64,000 nucleotides of DNA from Synechococcales cyanobacterium. Lineage in GTDB: Bacteria; Cyanobacteriota; Cyanobacteriia; Leptolyngbyales; Leptolyngbyaceae. Positions 19,913 to 29,398 of this stretch are shown piece after piece. The stretch's first letter is position 1; each line of letters begins with the position of its first letter. The notes beneath the pieces were generated by a model. The model was not told the DNA's origin. It worked only from the letters and a program-made list of their open reading frames with translations, and did not search any database. The stretch is from the NCBI GenBank assembly GCA_043764895.1, contig JAYUJY010000174.1, positions 412-64,411 of the forward strand, read 5' to 3'. The position numbers were made by a program, and so were the translations under genes.

Positions 19913-20941
19913 CTACTGGTATTGCAGCATGGGCGCAGACTGAATCGACTGCAATCCTACGGAGGTCAGTAGTTCTTGCCAGTTCTTGCGCGATGCCTCA
20001 TGATCAGGCTTTTGCTCGATCGCTTCGGCAAGGGCAGATGCACTGTCATACCAGATGCCAACACTGGCAAGCGCCTCGGCTCGGGCGATCGCATCGGGCT
20101 TTTTCAAGGCGGCGGTCATTTCAGCCGTGGGTGCGATGCGTTGAATCCAGCCGTCCACGTAGGGCGTACTCGGACTCAGACGACCATCGATTTTCAAGGC
20201 CGTAAGCCACTGATAGTTTTTTCCTACGTCTAGCGCAGGAACCGAGGCGGGCAGTTGGACCCGTGCGATGCCTGCTTCCCCTGAAATCGGCAAAACAGTC
20301 TGATAGATCAACTGTCCAGCTTCATCCTTAAGGCTAAAGACCGCTTCTTCAGCATTGGATTCGGGCAAGTAAACCAAAATGCTCGGACGATCGGATAGCG
20401 TTGTCCCGTAGAACTCTTGTGGCACTAAGGCCATTAGGGCTGCGGGATACTGAGTAGACTCTGCGGGATTGACGTAGGCCGTGGCATCACGAGAGGCTCC
20501 ACCCGCCGTTTGCTTCGGGGCGCTACCGCTGGAGAACATGGCCCCACGGGATGCGCCGCCCACTGCCCGCAAGACTCGACCTGTGGGTTTGAACAGGATG
20601 CCGCGAGAGGCTCCTCCGACGGATTGGCGAATGGTTCGACCCGGCATGGGCTTGAACAAGGTGCCGCGAGAGGCTCCTCCGACGGAGGTTTTGGGTGCGC
20701 CGCCGTTACGGGAGACAAATTGGGTTCCCCGAGATGCGCCGCCTGTGGATTGTTTTGGGGCGGCATTTTGGCGGGAGGGCTTGAATATGACGGCTTGGGC
20801 TGGGGTCATTTCAAGGGCGATCGCGCCTAGGGTGAGGGCGATCAGACTCCAACGGCTCACGAGGGAGCTGGTATGGGTTCCGATCGTAGATTTCCTAACC
20901 ATATATTCTCCGAAGATATATTTGAGAGGGAGTTGTTTCAT
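19913..20941 (-). CDS. Secreted DUF928-family protein with five N-terminal GGASRG-containing repeats
   Basis: Signal peptide ending AQA. Five units of about 20 aa each end in GGASRG/GGASRD (aa 51-155). The C-terminal region (YQWLTALKIDG...PYVDGWIQRI) resembles DUF928. An alternative start lies at 20902. Confidence 0.7.
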   Translation of the reverse strand: MKQLPLKYIFGEYMVRKSTIGTHTSSLVSRWSLIALTLGAIALEMTPAQAVIFKPSRQNAAPKQSTGGASRGTQFVSRNGGAPKTSVGGASRGTLFKPMPGRTIRQSVGGASRGILFKPTGRVLRAVGGASRGAMFSSGSAPKQTAGGASRDATAYVNPAESTQYPAALMALVPQEFYGTTLSDRPSILVYLPESNAEEAVFSLKDEAGQLIYQTVLPISGEAGIARVQLPASVPALDVGKNYQWLTALKIDGRLSPSTPYVDGWIQRIAPTAEMTAALKKPDAIARAEALASVGIWYDSASALAEAIEQKPDHEASRKNWQELLTSVGLQSIQSAPMLQYQ

Positions 20942-21138
20942 GCGTAAACACGGATGAAGAGATCATTCTTTAGCGTAAACAAGGTTGATGAGTCTAGTCG
21001 GTCGTGGAATTGCGTGTTTCCTCGACTGACAGCGGTTGGATGCCGCCGTTTTTCAGTAAAACTACTCTTTTTTGAGGGATCTTTTGAGGAATCTAAGGTA
21101 AGCGTCTGACGCCAGTTAGGGGCTACACCCATTGCGGT

Positions 21139-23817
21139 CTAACGCCAGTTGCCGACCAAGACAAATCCCGACCAGAAAAAGGGATCGTCAAAGTCGGTTT
21201 GTTTCATAATTTCGATTTGGGCTTGGCGGAGGGCTTCGGCCTTGGTGGTGCCCGGTTGGCGGAGGTGAGTATAGAAGCGGGTCATCAGGCTTGCAGCGGC
21301 GGCGTCCTTGACGGGCCATAGGGTGGCAAGAGTCGATCGTGCGCCTGATTTGACCGCGAGTCCAGCGAGTCCTAGGGCCGCATATTCATCGCCCGCTGCC
21401 GTGTCGCAGGCACTGAGGACCAATAGTTCAATCGCTCTGGTGCGGCTAGTCTGCCGGGATTGGAGCACTTCTGACAGTTCTTTGATGTTCATCCGTCCGT
21501 CCCAGGTCAGCAGGAAAGTTTCTTCTTGCCGGGAGCTAAATTGACCGTGGGTGGCGAGGTGGACGACATCGGCGGAGCTATTGCTGAGCCTGTCGGCAAG
21601 GGCTTTGCTGGTAAATTGCTCGTTGAGCAGGGTCCGGGAGTTGACGAGATCGGCGATTTGTTGGATTTCTTTTTTGACGGCGGGGAGTGCGCTAAAACCC
21701 GATCGAGATTCGCTGATACCGCCAACGACGGCTCCAATATGTTGGTTGTCGAGGGGTTTGTCGGCCATGAGCTGCAATCCTGGGGAAAGCGTCACGGCAT
21801 ATTTTTCGATCAGATATTGTTTTCCGTCGTAGAGCGCCGCCATGGGAATGTTCCGCAGTTGGCCGTCTAGTACGAAGACGAGGGTTTTTGTATCCTTGAG
21901 GGCACCTGCTGTTTCTGCCGGACGGATCAGCCAATCGTAGAGCTGACTGGAAATCTCTAGGCGCGTTTTGCGATCGGAGACGGGGTTAATGGCCGCAAGG
22001 AGATTGTTGAGGGTGGTGTTGACCTGTTGGTTATTCCGATTGCTGCTGTGGTAGCGCAGAGGCTGTCCGGCGGTAGAGAAGATCACGGCAATGCGTTCGG
22101 GGAGCAGAATCGGGTAGACGACGGTGGCGGTGCGATCGACTTGATCGATTTGCTTGGCTTTGTCAAGGCAGGCTTCCCGAAAGAAATTATCGAGTTCGGC
22201 CACTTGCAAGGCTTCAATCAGGTTTCGAGCTTGGGTTAGCTCCTCTTGGTTGGGGTTCTGCGTCAGCAAAATATCCACCATTTCCCGATACACAGGTTCC
22301 ACGCTCTCACGGAAGGAGAACTGGATTTCAGGATTGATCGCTACGAGATCCCCACGCAGGGCTTGCAGCGCTTTGGTGGCCTCTTGATAGGCTTGCAGGG
22401 CACGCGATCGATCGTTTTGGGCGTTTAGAATCTGGCCGAGTTGCCATGCGGATTGAGAGATGATGTGTTCGGCTTGCAGTTGGCGCGCGATCGCGAGGGA
22501 TTGTTCGGTGACTTGCTGGGCTTCACGCAACTGTTTGGCTTCGACGTAGACCTGTCCCAATTGATGCAGACCGTAGGCTTCGGCTTCGGCGTCTCCTAAA
22601 CCTCGGGCGGACTGAATGGCTTGGGCTAGCCACTCGGACAAGTCTCGGAGCGGGGCGACTTGGGTGGGATCTTTTAGTCGGTTGATGTTTGCGGTGAGGT
22701 TGATGATGCTGTAAATCGAGAGGCGGCTAGGGGGGAGTTTGAGGAGCTGCGATCGGATATTGGGAAGGCGTGCATTGACTTCCTTGAGGTTGCCTTGGTT
22801 GAGGTAGATATTGAACTGTCCGAGTTGGGCTTGAACTTTTTCCAGTGGATTGACGGCCACTTTTTCCGCTTCTTCGAGATATTTCAACGCCGTTTCGTCT
22901 TTGCCGCTGCTATTGCAGGCATCCCCTAGCGCTAGGAGGGCAGAGCTAAGTTCTGGCGCAGATTTAAGCCGACGGGCGGTCATCACAGCAGCTTCGAGAG
23001 CGGCTTGACTTCCGGTCATGTCACCGACGACTTGCAACACGCTTCCGAGATTCCGAAATCCTGAGATTTTTAAGTCGGAGTCGGGGAGGGTGACGAGTTT
23101 TTGGTTTAAGCCTTCAAGTTGAGTTTTGGCACGACGATAGAAGCCTAGGCTCTGGAGCGCTTGGGCTTGGTTGATTTGGCTTCCAATATTGCCAACGGTG
23201 TCGCCTGCTTTTTCGTAGTATTGTGCAGACTGTTGCCAGGTAGCGAGGGCGAGTTCGGCTTTTCCCGTTTGGAGTAAGATGCCCGCTTGGGTGTTGAGAA
23301 CCTGCGCCCAGAGCGTCGCGTCGGTACCTTTGCCGCCTTGCGTTTGGGACTGTTCTTTGAGGAGTTTTAGGCTGGTATTAATGGCTTCTCTCGCGGCATC
23401 CCATTGATTGAGTTCTTGTTGGGCGAGGGCGAGGTAGTTCAGCGCTAGGGCTTGGGTCGTGCGATCGCCTTGACTAGCGGCTTGGTCGGCGGCGGCTTGC
23501 CAGAGTTTTGCGGCGGCGTTGAATTGTCCGGCTTGATAGGCCGATCGTCCGGCTTCTAAGCCTCCCGTGGCGTCCTTGAGGGGTGCAAAGGTGGGTGCAG
23601 CGGCGATCGAACCGGGCACTGGATTAGGGACTAGGCGATCGAGTGCGGCGGGAACGGTGCGTTTGCTGGGGGTGGGGTTGGCGAGGGTCTGGGCCGTTGC
23701 AAACAGAGGCACACTCATACAGCCTAAGGTGCTAGCCAGCAGGGCATGACGCAAAATCTTCGAGGTCCAGATGGACACCGAAGGCTGAACAGGATGAAGG
23801 CAAGGGCGATCGCGCAT
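21139..23817 (-). CDS. Secreted TPR + CHAT-domain (caspase-like) protease
   Basis: N-terminal signal peptide and multiple TPR-like helices. C-terminal CHAT domain with His (VVHLATHGQF) and Cys (LLVLSACDTAAGD) dyad. Confidence 0.88.
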   Translation of the reverse strand: MRDRPCLHPVQPSVSIWTSKILRHALLASTLGCMSVPLFATAQTLANPTPSKRTVPAALDRLVPNPVPGSIAAAPTFAPLKDATGGLEAGRSAYQAGQFNAAAKLWQAAADQAASQGDRTTQALALNYLALAQQELNQWDAAREAINTSLKLLKEQSQTQGGKGTDATLWAQVLNTQAGILLQTGKAELALATWQQSAQYYEKAGDTVGNIGSQINQAQALQSLGFYRRAKTQLEGLNQKLVTLPDSDLKISGFRNLGSVLQVVGDMTGSQAALEAAVMTARRLKSAPELSSALLALGDACNSSGKDETALKYLEEAEKVAVNPLEKVQAQLGQFNIYLNQGNLKEVNARLPNIRSQLLKLPPSRLSIYSIINLTANINRLKDPTQVAPLRDLSEWLAQAIQSARGLGDAEAEAYGLHQLGQVYVEAKQLREAQQVTEQSLAIARQLQAEHIISQSAWQLGQILNAQNDRSRALQAYQEATKALQALRGDLVAINPEIQFSFRESVEPVYREMVDILLTQNPNQEELTQARNLIEALQVAELDNFFREACLDKAKQIDQVDRTATVVYPILLPERIAVIFSTAGQPLRYHSSNRNNQQVNTTLNNLLAAINPVSDRKTRLEISSQLYDWLIRPAETAGALKDTKTLVFVLDGQLRNIPMAALYDGKQYLIEKYAVTLSPGLQLMADKPLDNQHIGAVVGGISESRSGFSALPAVKKEIQQIADLVNSRTLLNEQFTSKALADRLSNSSADVVHLATHGQFSSRQEETFLLTWDGRMNIKELSEVLQSRQTSRTRAIELLVLSACDTAAGDEYAALGLAGLAVKSGARSTLATLWPVKDAAAASLMTRFYTHLRQPGTTKAEALRQAQIEIMKQTDFDDPFFWSGFVLVGNWR

Positions 23818-23971
23818 AAGAACTGGGGTACGAACTCAGGGTGATTGTAGTTGTTCCCTAGAGTGCCCAGCTTTACAACGAGATTGCGCGTTTGAATTTA
23901 AATAAATGTTAAATCAGCTTTAAATATAGGTTGGCTTTAAAGCTAAGGAACAAAGCTGTATTAAAATCAGG

Positions 23972-24058
23972 CTTTGGGCACGGCATAGCCATGCCCCTAC
24001 ACTCTCTGAAACCCGGATCTGTTGGGGAATGGCTCGCCGTGCCCCAAACCCAACGAGG
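23972..24058. repeat. MITE-like hairpin repeat family R2, copy 2 (diverged right arm)
   Basis: CTTTGGGCACGGCATAGCCATGCCCCTACA ... GGGGAATGGCTCGCCGTGCCCCAAACCCAAC. Confidence 0.75.
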
Positions 24059-24117
24059 AGGAGTTGAATCGCTGGATTACTCAAGCCGCAGACGATTGGG
24101 GAAAATTGTAGATCTTA

Positions 24118-24828
24118 TTAAGTTCTGATTTCTAACCCATTGGATTCTAATGCTTTAAACCGATCGAGCAAACTTGCTTCGTTATGAAGGTCAATATCTT
24201 TATTGAATTGCTCAGATTCATAGTAGGCTCTAGACCTAAAGCTTGCTTCTTGCTCATATCGATCGGCATTTTTATATCGACGAATGGATGCTGCTAGGAC
24301 ATTAGGAAAATAAATCTGCTGGGAAAACACTTCGCTAGAGCGTTCTAGCCTGATCTGAGCGTACTTCTCGAAGCTTTCAGCGGCAAATGCAATACAGTTG
24401 TTTAGGAACAAGTTGTACCGAAATTCATCTAGGTGTAGCTTTGGCGATCGTGTGTTTGTCCCGACAAATAGTTCATCAATGAGTACACTTGATACCATCT
24501 TGGTGATAAATTCATCGCCTCCAAACGGTGGTGATTTCTTAAAGTACATTCGATCGACGCGCCTTATATCTCTCTGATCGTCGCGAAGCTGGCCTTCTGG
24601 GTAAAAAGAGCAGGTGTAGAGTTCAGGAATCAGTTGGCCGTAGCTATTCTTTTTGGTGAGCAGACAGGCTTCTTTATCACTGGCTTTTTGACAGGCTCTT
24701 AGCTTTTGGATATCAAACTTCATTCCAGCAAGATAAGCATGGCCGATCGAATTTTCACCATCGGTCGATTCGACGCCCAACATGAGAAGAGCCATAGTCT
24801 GATTTGAACTAGTCTGATTTGAACTCAT
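24118..24828 (-). CDS. Hypothetical protein, possible papain-like (PPPDE/LRAT-type His...Cys) fold
   Basis: IGHAYL early in the protein and YNLFLNNCIAFAAESF later resemble the His/Cys signature of permuted papain-fold peptidases. There is a 15-bp tandem duplication at the 5' end (SSNQT x2). Confidence 0.3.
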   Translation of the reverse strand: MSSNQTSSNQTMALLMLGVESTDGENSIGHAYLAGMKFDIQKLRACQKASDKEACLLTKKNSYGQLIPELYTCSFYPEGQLRDDQRDIRRVDRMYFKKSPPFGGDEFITKMVSSVLIDELFVGTNTRSPKLHLDEFRYNLFLNNCIAFAAESFEKYAQIRLERSSEVFSQQIYFPNVLAASIRRYKNADRYEQEASFRSRAYYESEQFNKDIDLHNEASLLDRFKALESNGLEIRT

Positions 24829-24831
24829 TCT

Positions 24832-25704
24832 TTAAATCTCCAATAATTTCCTTGCATGATGGACTAAATGATCGCGAATAAGACTTGTAATGAAGTAGTA
24901 ACTGTGGTCATAGTGTTCATGAAGCCGTAGGTTTAGGGTTTTCCCAGCCGATCGACAAGCGGTTTCAAACCGTTCTGGCTGGAGCTGAAGCTGAAGAAAT
25001 TGGTCGTCCAATCCTTGATCGATTAGAATCACATCCTCAAACGTCGATCGTGCCACTAATTCACACGCATCATACTCAGCCCAAGCTAGTTTGTCCTCAC
25101 CCAAATACAATCCCAACGCAGCTTGTCCCCAGGGGGCTTTGGTTGGTGCGACGATCGGAGAAAAAGCCGACACGCTAAGGTATTTTTCTGGATTTCGCAG
25201 GGCACAAACCAGCGCTCCATGACCGCCCATGCTGTGACCGAAGATGCTTTGTTTTACGCGTCCATTGTTGCCAACGGCTACAGGAAAATGCGCCTGAATG
25301 ATCGCGGGGAGTTCTTCCGTGACGTAGGTATACATTTGGTAGTGCGATCGCCAGGGTTCTTGGGTTGCATCGACATAAAACCCTGCGCCCTGACCGAGAT
25401 CGGTGCGATCGCTCAAGTCTGCAACCTGCACCCCACGCGGACTCGTATCCGATGCCACCAGCATGATTCCCAACTCCGCCGCCACTACGATCGCCCCAGA
25501 TTTCGCCATGAAATTTTCGTCACTGCACGTCAACCCCGACAAAAAATACAGCGCAGGCACTGGCTGCCTTACCGCTTGCGGCGGAACATACACCGAAAAA
25601 TTCATCGCACTCTGACAACACACAGATTCATGACGATAAAACCCGATCGTCCCCCCAAAACAGCAATGCTTCGATCGCACTATCAGTTCACCTAATTCAC
25701 TCAT
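24832..25704 (-). CDS. fghA: S-formylglutathione hydrolase (esterase D family)
   Basis: GHSMGGHGAL nucleophile elbow and an esterase D-like sequence throughout. Adjacent to class III ADH. Confidence 0.9.
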   Translation of the reverse strand: MSELGELIVRSKHCCFGGTIGFYRHESVCCQSAMNFSVYVPPQAVRQPVPALYFLSGLTCSDENFMAKSGAIVVAAELGIMLVASDTSPRGVQVADLSDRTDLGQGAGFYVDATQEPWRSHYQMYTYVTEELPAIIQAHFPVAVGNNGRVKQSIFGHSMGGHGALVCALRNPEKYLSVSAFSPIVAPTKAPWGQAALGLYLGEDKLAWAEYDACELVARSTFEDVILIDQGLDDQFLQLQLQPERFETACRSAGKTLNLRLHEHYDHSYYFITSLIRDHLVHHARKLLEI

Positions 25705-25749
25705 CTCCCCCTCCCAAAATTCTCAATTCTCAATTCACCCTTCTCAATT

Positions 25750-26865
25750 CTAAAACGTCACCACCGTCCGAATCCCTTCTCCTCGTTTCATTTTGTCAAA
25801 CGCATCGTTAATCCGATCGATCGGCATTACTTCGGTAATCAAATCATCAATATTAATCTTTCCATCCATATACCAATCCACAATCTTCGGCACATCCCGC
25901 CGACTTTTTGCCCCCCCAAATGCCGTTCCTTTCCACGTTCTTCCGGTCACAAGCTGAAACGGTTTGGTGCTAATTTCTTCGCCTGCTGCTGCAACGCCAA
26001 TAATCACACTCACCCCCCAACCCTTATGACAACATTCCAACGCTTGACGCATTAGATTAATGTTGCCTGTACATTCAAAAGTATAGTCCGCCCCGCCTTT
26101 AGTTAACTCTACCAAATACCCCACTAGCTCCCCATCAATCTCGCGAGGATTCACAAAATGGGTCATGCCGAGCTTCGTAGCAATCGATCGTTTGGACGGA
26201 TTGATATCGACGCCAACGATTTGAGTCGCGCCCACCATTTTTGCGCCTTGGATCACATTTAAGCCAATCCCGCCCAATCCAAACACCACCACCGTCGATC
26301 CCGGTTCCACCTTCGCTGTATTAATCACCGCCCCAAGTCCTGTCGTCACCCCACAGCCGATGTAGCAGACTTTTTCAAACGGCGCGTCTTTCCGAATTTT
26401 CGCTAGAGCAATCTCCGGGACCACCGTGTAATTGGCAAAAGTCGAGGTGCCCATGTAGTGATGCAGCGGCTTGCCATCCAGGGAAAATCGACTAGTTCCA
26501 TCGGGCATCATCCCGCGCCCTTGAGTCACTCGAATGGACTGGCAAAGATTGGTCTTGGGATTGAGGCAATACTCACAGTTGCGGCACTCGGGAATGTATA
26601 GCGGAATCACATGATCGCCCGGTTGCAGCGACGTCACGCCGGGGCCAATTTCCACCACAATTCCCGCACCTTCATGGCCAAGAATTGCCGGAAATAAGCC
26701 TTCCGGATCGTTGCCCGACAGCGTATAGGCATCCGTATGACAAATTCCCGTCGCCTTGATTTCCACTAGGACTTCCCCCAATCGAGGACCCTCTAGCTGA
26801 ACGGTCTCCAAGGAAAGAGGTTTTCCTGCTTCAATCGCAACCGCTGCACGCACATCCATGGTCAT
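25750..26865 (-). CDS. frmA: S-(hydroxymethyl)glutathione dehydrogenase / class III alcohol dehydrogenase
   Basis: Zn-ADH motifs ([18 protein letters not shown], CxxCxxC at [14 protein letters not shown]) and a GLGGIGL Rossmann motif. Confidence 0.92.
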   Translation of the reverse strand: MTMDVRAAVAIEAGKPLSLETVQLEGPRLGEVLVEIKATGICHTDAYTLSGNDPEGLFPAILGHEGAGIVVEIGPGVTSLQPGDHVIPLYIPECRNCEYCLNPKTNLCQSIRVTQGRGMMPDGTSRFSLDGKPLHHYMGTSTFANYTVVPEIALAKIRKDAPFEKVCYIGCGVTTGLGAVINTAKVEPGSTVVVFGLGGIGLNVIQGAKMVGATQIVGVDINPSKRSIATKLGMTHFVNPREIDGELVGYLVELTKGGADYTFECTGNINLMRQALECCHKGWGVSVIIGVAAAGEEISTKPFQLVTGRTWKGTAFGGAKSRRDVPKIVDWYMDGKINIDDLITEVMPIDRINDAFDKMKRGEGIRTVVTF

Positions 26866-26922
26866 TACCTTGGTATCTAGAATTAAAAGAGAGCCAAGAA
26901 TGACAAGACTCTCCCACTGATT

Positions 26923-27588
26923 CTATAATGCCTGATTCAAAATTCCATAGTGTCTCCAATTCGGCCCATCATAGTGCCACCATTCCGAATCAATAGTGGT
27001 TAATCCTTGAGCTTCCAATGCGGTGGTCAAGATTTGAACATGTTTCCGAGCGGTATCCGTCATCGCTGAAGAATTTCGGTGGGCACGATCGCTAAAGTCA
27101 TCAAACTCTGACGGCATTTCGAGATCACGGCCTTGAGCATTGACCAGAGTCACGTCCACCGCTGCACCTCGATTGTGGCGCGATCCGGTTGCGGGGTTGG
27201 CGACGTAGCGGCCATCAGGGAAAATCTTCCACATGGCTTTTTGGACGGACAGCGAGCGGTAACAATCGAAGATCTTAAGACCATAGCCTTGTGTTTTCAA
27301 TTCCTCCTGTGCTCGCTGAATCGATCGGGCGACGGGATCCCGTAGCAAACATCGGGCTTTGGAATACACCGCTTGTTTCAAAAAGTTATTCGTCGTTGCA
27401 TATCGCATATCCAGCAAAATATCTGGCGCGATCGATCGGATATCTATGAGCCGATAATCCTTTAGAAGCGGCGTAGAGGCGATCGCACTGGGTTTAGACA
27501 GCGGACGAACCAACGCCCCATTCCACCCAGTCAGCATGATGAGCATCATTGCGATCGTGCTCAAAGCCCAAAAATAACGACGTCTCAT
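26923..27588 (-). CDS. D-alanyl-D-alanine dipeptidase (VanX-like M15 peptidase), secreted
   Basis: DMRYATTNNF, SRHNRGAAVDVTL and EWWHY motifs, plus an N-terminal signal/TM segment. Confidence 0.85.
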   Translation of the reverse strand: MRRRYFWALSTIAMMLIMLTGWNGALVRPLSKPSAIASTPLLKDYRLIDIRSIAPDILLDMRYATTNNFLKQAVYSKARCLLRDPVARSIQRAQEELKTQGYGLKIFDCYRSLSVQKAMWKIFPDGRYVANPATGSRHNRGAAVDVTLVNAQGRDLEMPSEFDDFSDRAHRNSSAMTDTARKHVQILTTALEAQGLTTIDSEWWHYDGPNWRHYGILNQAL

Positions 27589-27720
27589 AGGATAATTAAT
27601 TTAGAGAGTTGAGAGTGATCATTACGCCCCAGAGTACCCAAAGATTAAGGGATATGGGTCACACTCGTTAATCAGCCGCTTATATAAGGTAATTTCCATC
27701 ATTTAGGCCATTTTTCCTGC

Positions 27721-28764
27721 ATGAAAAACATTCAACTTCCCGAACCTTTAATTGTTCTTGTGCCATCACGGGATACTGCGGCGATCGAATTCCGATCGAG
27801 TTCTAAATCAGAGTCCAAACGATCGCCGCAGTCCACCCCTTCGGACCCAACTGAACTAAGATCGCTGCGAATTGAAGAGTTTTTGTCCGCGCGATCGCTG
27901 TCGCTGAATAGTCAGAAAGCTTACCGCGCAGATCTCACCCGGTTTACCACCTGGAGTAACCAAAGCTGGCAGGCCGCCACTCCACGCTTGATGGCCCAGT
28001 TCAAAACCCATCTGATGCGGGTTGATCCGAAGACGGAATCTCGCGTTCTAGCGGATAGCTCGGTCCAACGCATTGTGCATAGCTTAAAAAGTTTTTATAG
28101 CTGGATGCAAGACACGGGATACATCACGGTTAATCCCATGAAAGCGATCGTCGCCCCGAAAGTCAAACAACCGCAAGCCGATCACTTAACAGATGAACAA
28201 GTCACCGCAATTTTTACAGCAGCCCTAGACCTCCATCCTGCCGAACGCAACCTAGCGCTGCTGTCTGTTTTGCGTCATGGACTGCGGGCGGGGGAAGTGT
28301 GCGGGCTAAATCTAGGCGACTATGACGGCGAACGGGTCACCATTCGCGAAGCCAAGGCAGACAGTACGGGCGTTGTGCCGATTGATGCGGATGGCCAGGG
28401 CTGGATCGATCAGTATTTGCGATTTCGGGCCGATCGAGGCGAAGACCTCACTGACACTAGCCTTCCCCTATTTGTCTCTCACTCCCACCAAAACGATGGC
28501 CAACGGCTCGGCTACCACGGCGTCCAAAAACTCATGGGTGCGATCGGGCGGGTCGTCGGCTTCAAGTTCCACGCCCACCAGTTCCGCCACACCTACGCCA
28601 CCAACCTTGTCCTCAAAGGCATGAACCCTTACCACGTCATGACGCTGACCCGCCACAAGTCACCGCACACCTTCCGCCGCTACACCCAAGCCGCCGACCA
28701 ACTCGCCGCCGAAACCGCCTTTCGATCGATTTCCGAATTTACAACAACCCACGATATCGAATAA
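27721..28764 (+). CDS. Tyrosine recombinase / phage-integrase family (XerC/D-like)
   Basis: Catalytic blocks RHGLRAGEV, HQFRHTYAT, LTRHKSPHTFRRY. The 3' end overlaps the convergent mrp gene by 26 nt. Confidence 0.85.
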   Translation: MKNIQLPEPLIVLVPSRDTAAIEFRSSSKSESKRSPQSTPSDPTELRSLRIEEFLSARSLSLNSQKAYRADLTRFTTWSNQSWQAATPRLMAQFKTHLMRVDPKTESRVLADSSVQRIVHSLKSFYSWMQDTGYITVNPMKAIVAPKVKQPQADHLTDEQVTAIFTAALDLHPAERNLALLSVLRHGLRAGEVCGLNLGDYDGERVTIREAKADSTGVVPIDADGQGWIDQYLRFRADRGEDLTDTSLPLFVSHSHQNDGQRLGYHGVQKLMGAIGRVVGFKFHAHQFRHTYATNLVLKGMNPYHVMTLTRHKSPHTFRRYTQAADQLAAETAFRSISEFTTTHDIE

Positions 28765-29398
28765 AAATAAGCACCACCGCCCACGATCCCAAAGCCACCT
28801 TAACCGCCACCAAGATATTCAAAATCGGAACAATGCCACCGCTCACCAATGCTCCCATTTCACCAAACGGCAACTCATAGCCTGCTAACGTAATCACAGA
28901 CAATACAATAAAAACCAACACCGAAATCTTTTCCCAAACCGCCGCATTCCATTTCTGATACACCGATTGCATCCATTCCGGCGAAGAGGTCATCGCCACT
29001 AATCCGATCGCTGTTCCCCCCGCCACTCCCGCCGCAAAACCACCTCCCGGACTCAAATGTCCCCGAATAGCAAGTTCAATGCCCACCAAAGCGGCGATCG
29101 TCGATCCCAACCTCGCCAAAATAATGGAGGACGGGTCAGTAAATTGATAAATCTTTTCCGCTGGACGTTCTGTTGCAAGTAAGAAGCTTGCTCCCATGAT
29201 GGCGATCGTAAAGACAATCACTTCAAAAATCGTGTCATACAACCGATTTCGCAAAATGATCGCCGAAACTGCATTGGGCAAACCGCTCTCTTTAACGACA
29301 GTTTCAACAATTGAGAAGTCTAGTACTGGTGAAGGATTCGCCAAGAACAGCATCTTAAAATAGAACAAAACACCTGCAATCAGATACACCCATTTCAT
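28739..29398 (-). CDS. Mrp/Mnh antiporter subunit B-like membrane protein
   Basis: 219-aa polytopic ORF, last gene of a translationally coupled mrp-like cluster. Assignment is by order and hydrophobicity. Confidence 0.55.
   Translation of the reverse strand: MKWVYLIAGVLFYFKMLFLANPSPVLDFSIVETVVKESGLPNAVSAIILRNRLYDTIFEVIVFTIAIMGASFLLATERPAEKIYQFTDPSSIILARLGSTIAALVGIELAIRGHLSPGGGFAAGVAGGTAIGLVAMTSSPEWMQSVYQKWNAAVWEKISVLVFIVLSVITLAGYELPFGEMGALVSGGIVPILNILVAVKVALGSWAVVLIFIRYRGLL

Noticed and set aside
20477-20791. Equating the GGASRG repeats with PatS/HetN-type RGSGR morphogen peptides
   Set aside because: The motif is not RGSGR, and the residue order and context differ. Nothing in the window shows that this organism differentiates heterocysts. 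It is retained only as an analogy for small secreted signalling peptides.
20481-20957. + strand ORFs of 158 and 106 aa opposite the DUF928 gene
   Set aside because: They are antisense shadows generated by the GC-rich repeat region of the DUF928 gene. Their repetitive PREAPPT sequence mirrors the GGASRG repeats.
25123-25695. 190-aa + strand ORF overlapping the S-formylglutathione hydrolase gene
   Set aside because: It is antisense to a gene with an unambiguous esterase D sequence. The product is Arg-rich and low-complexity, typical of a shadow ORF.
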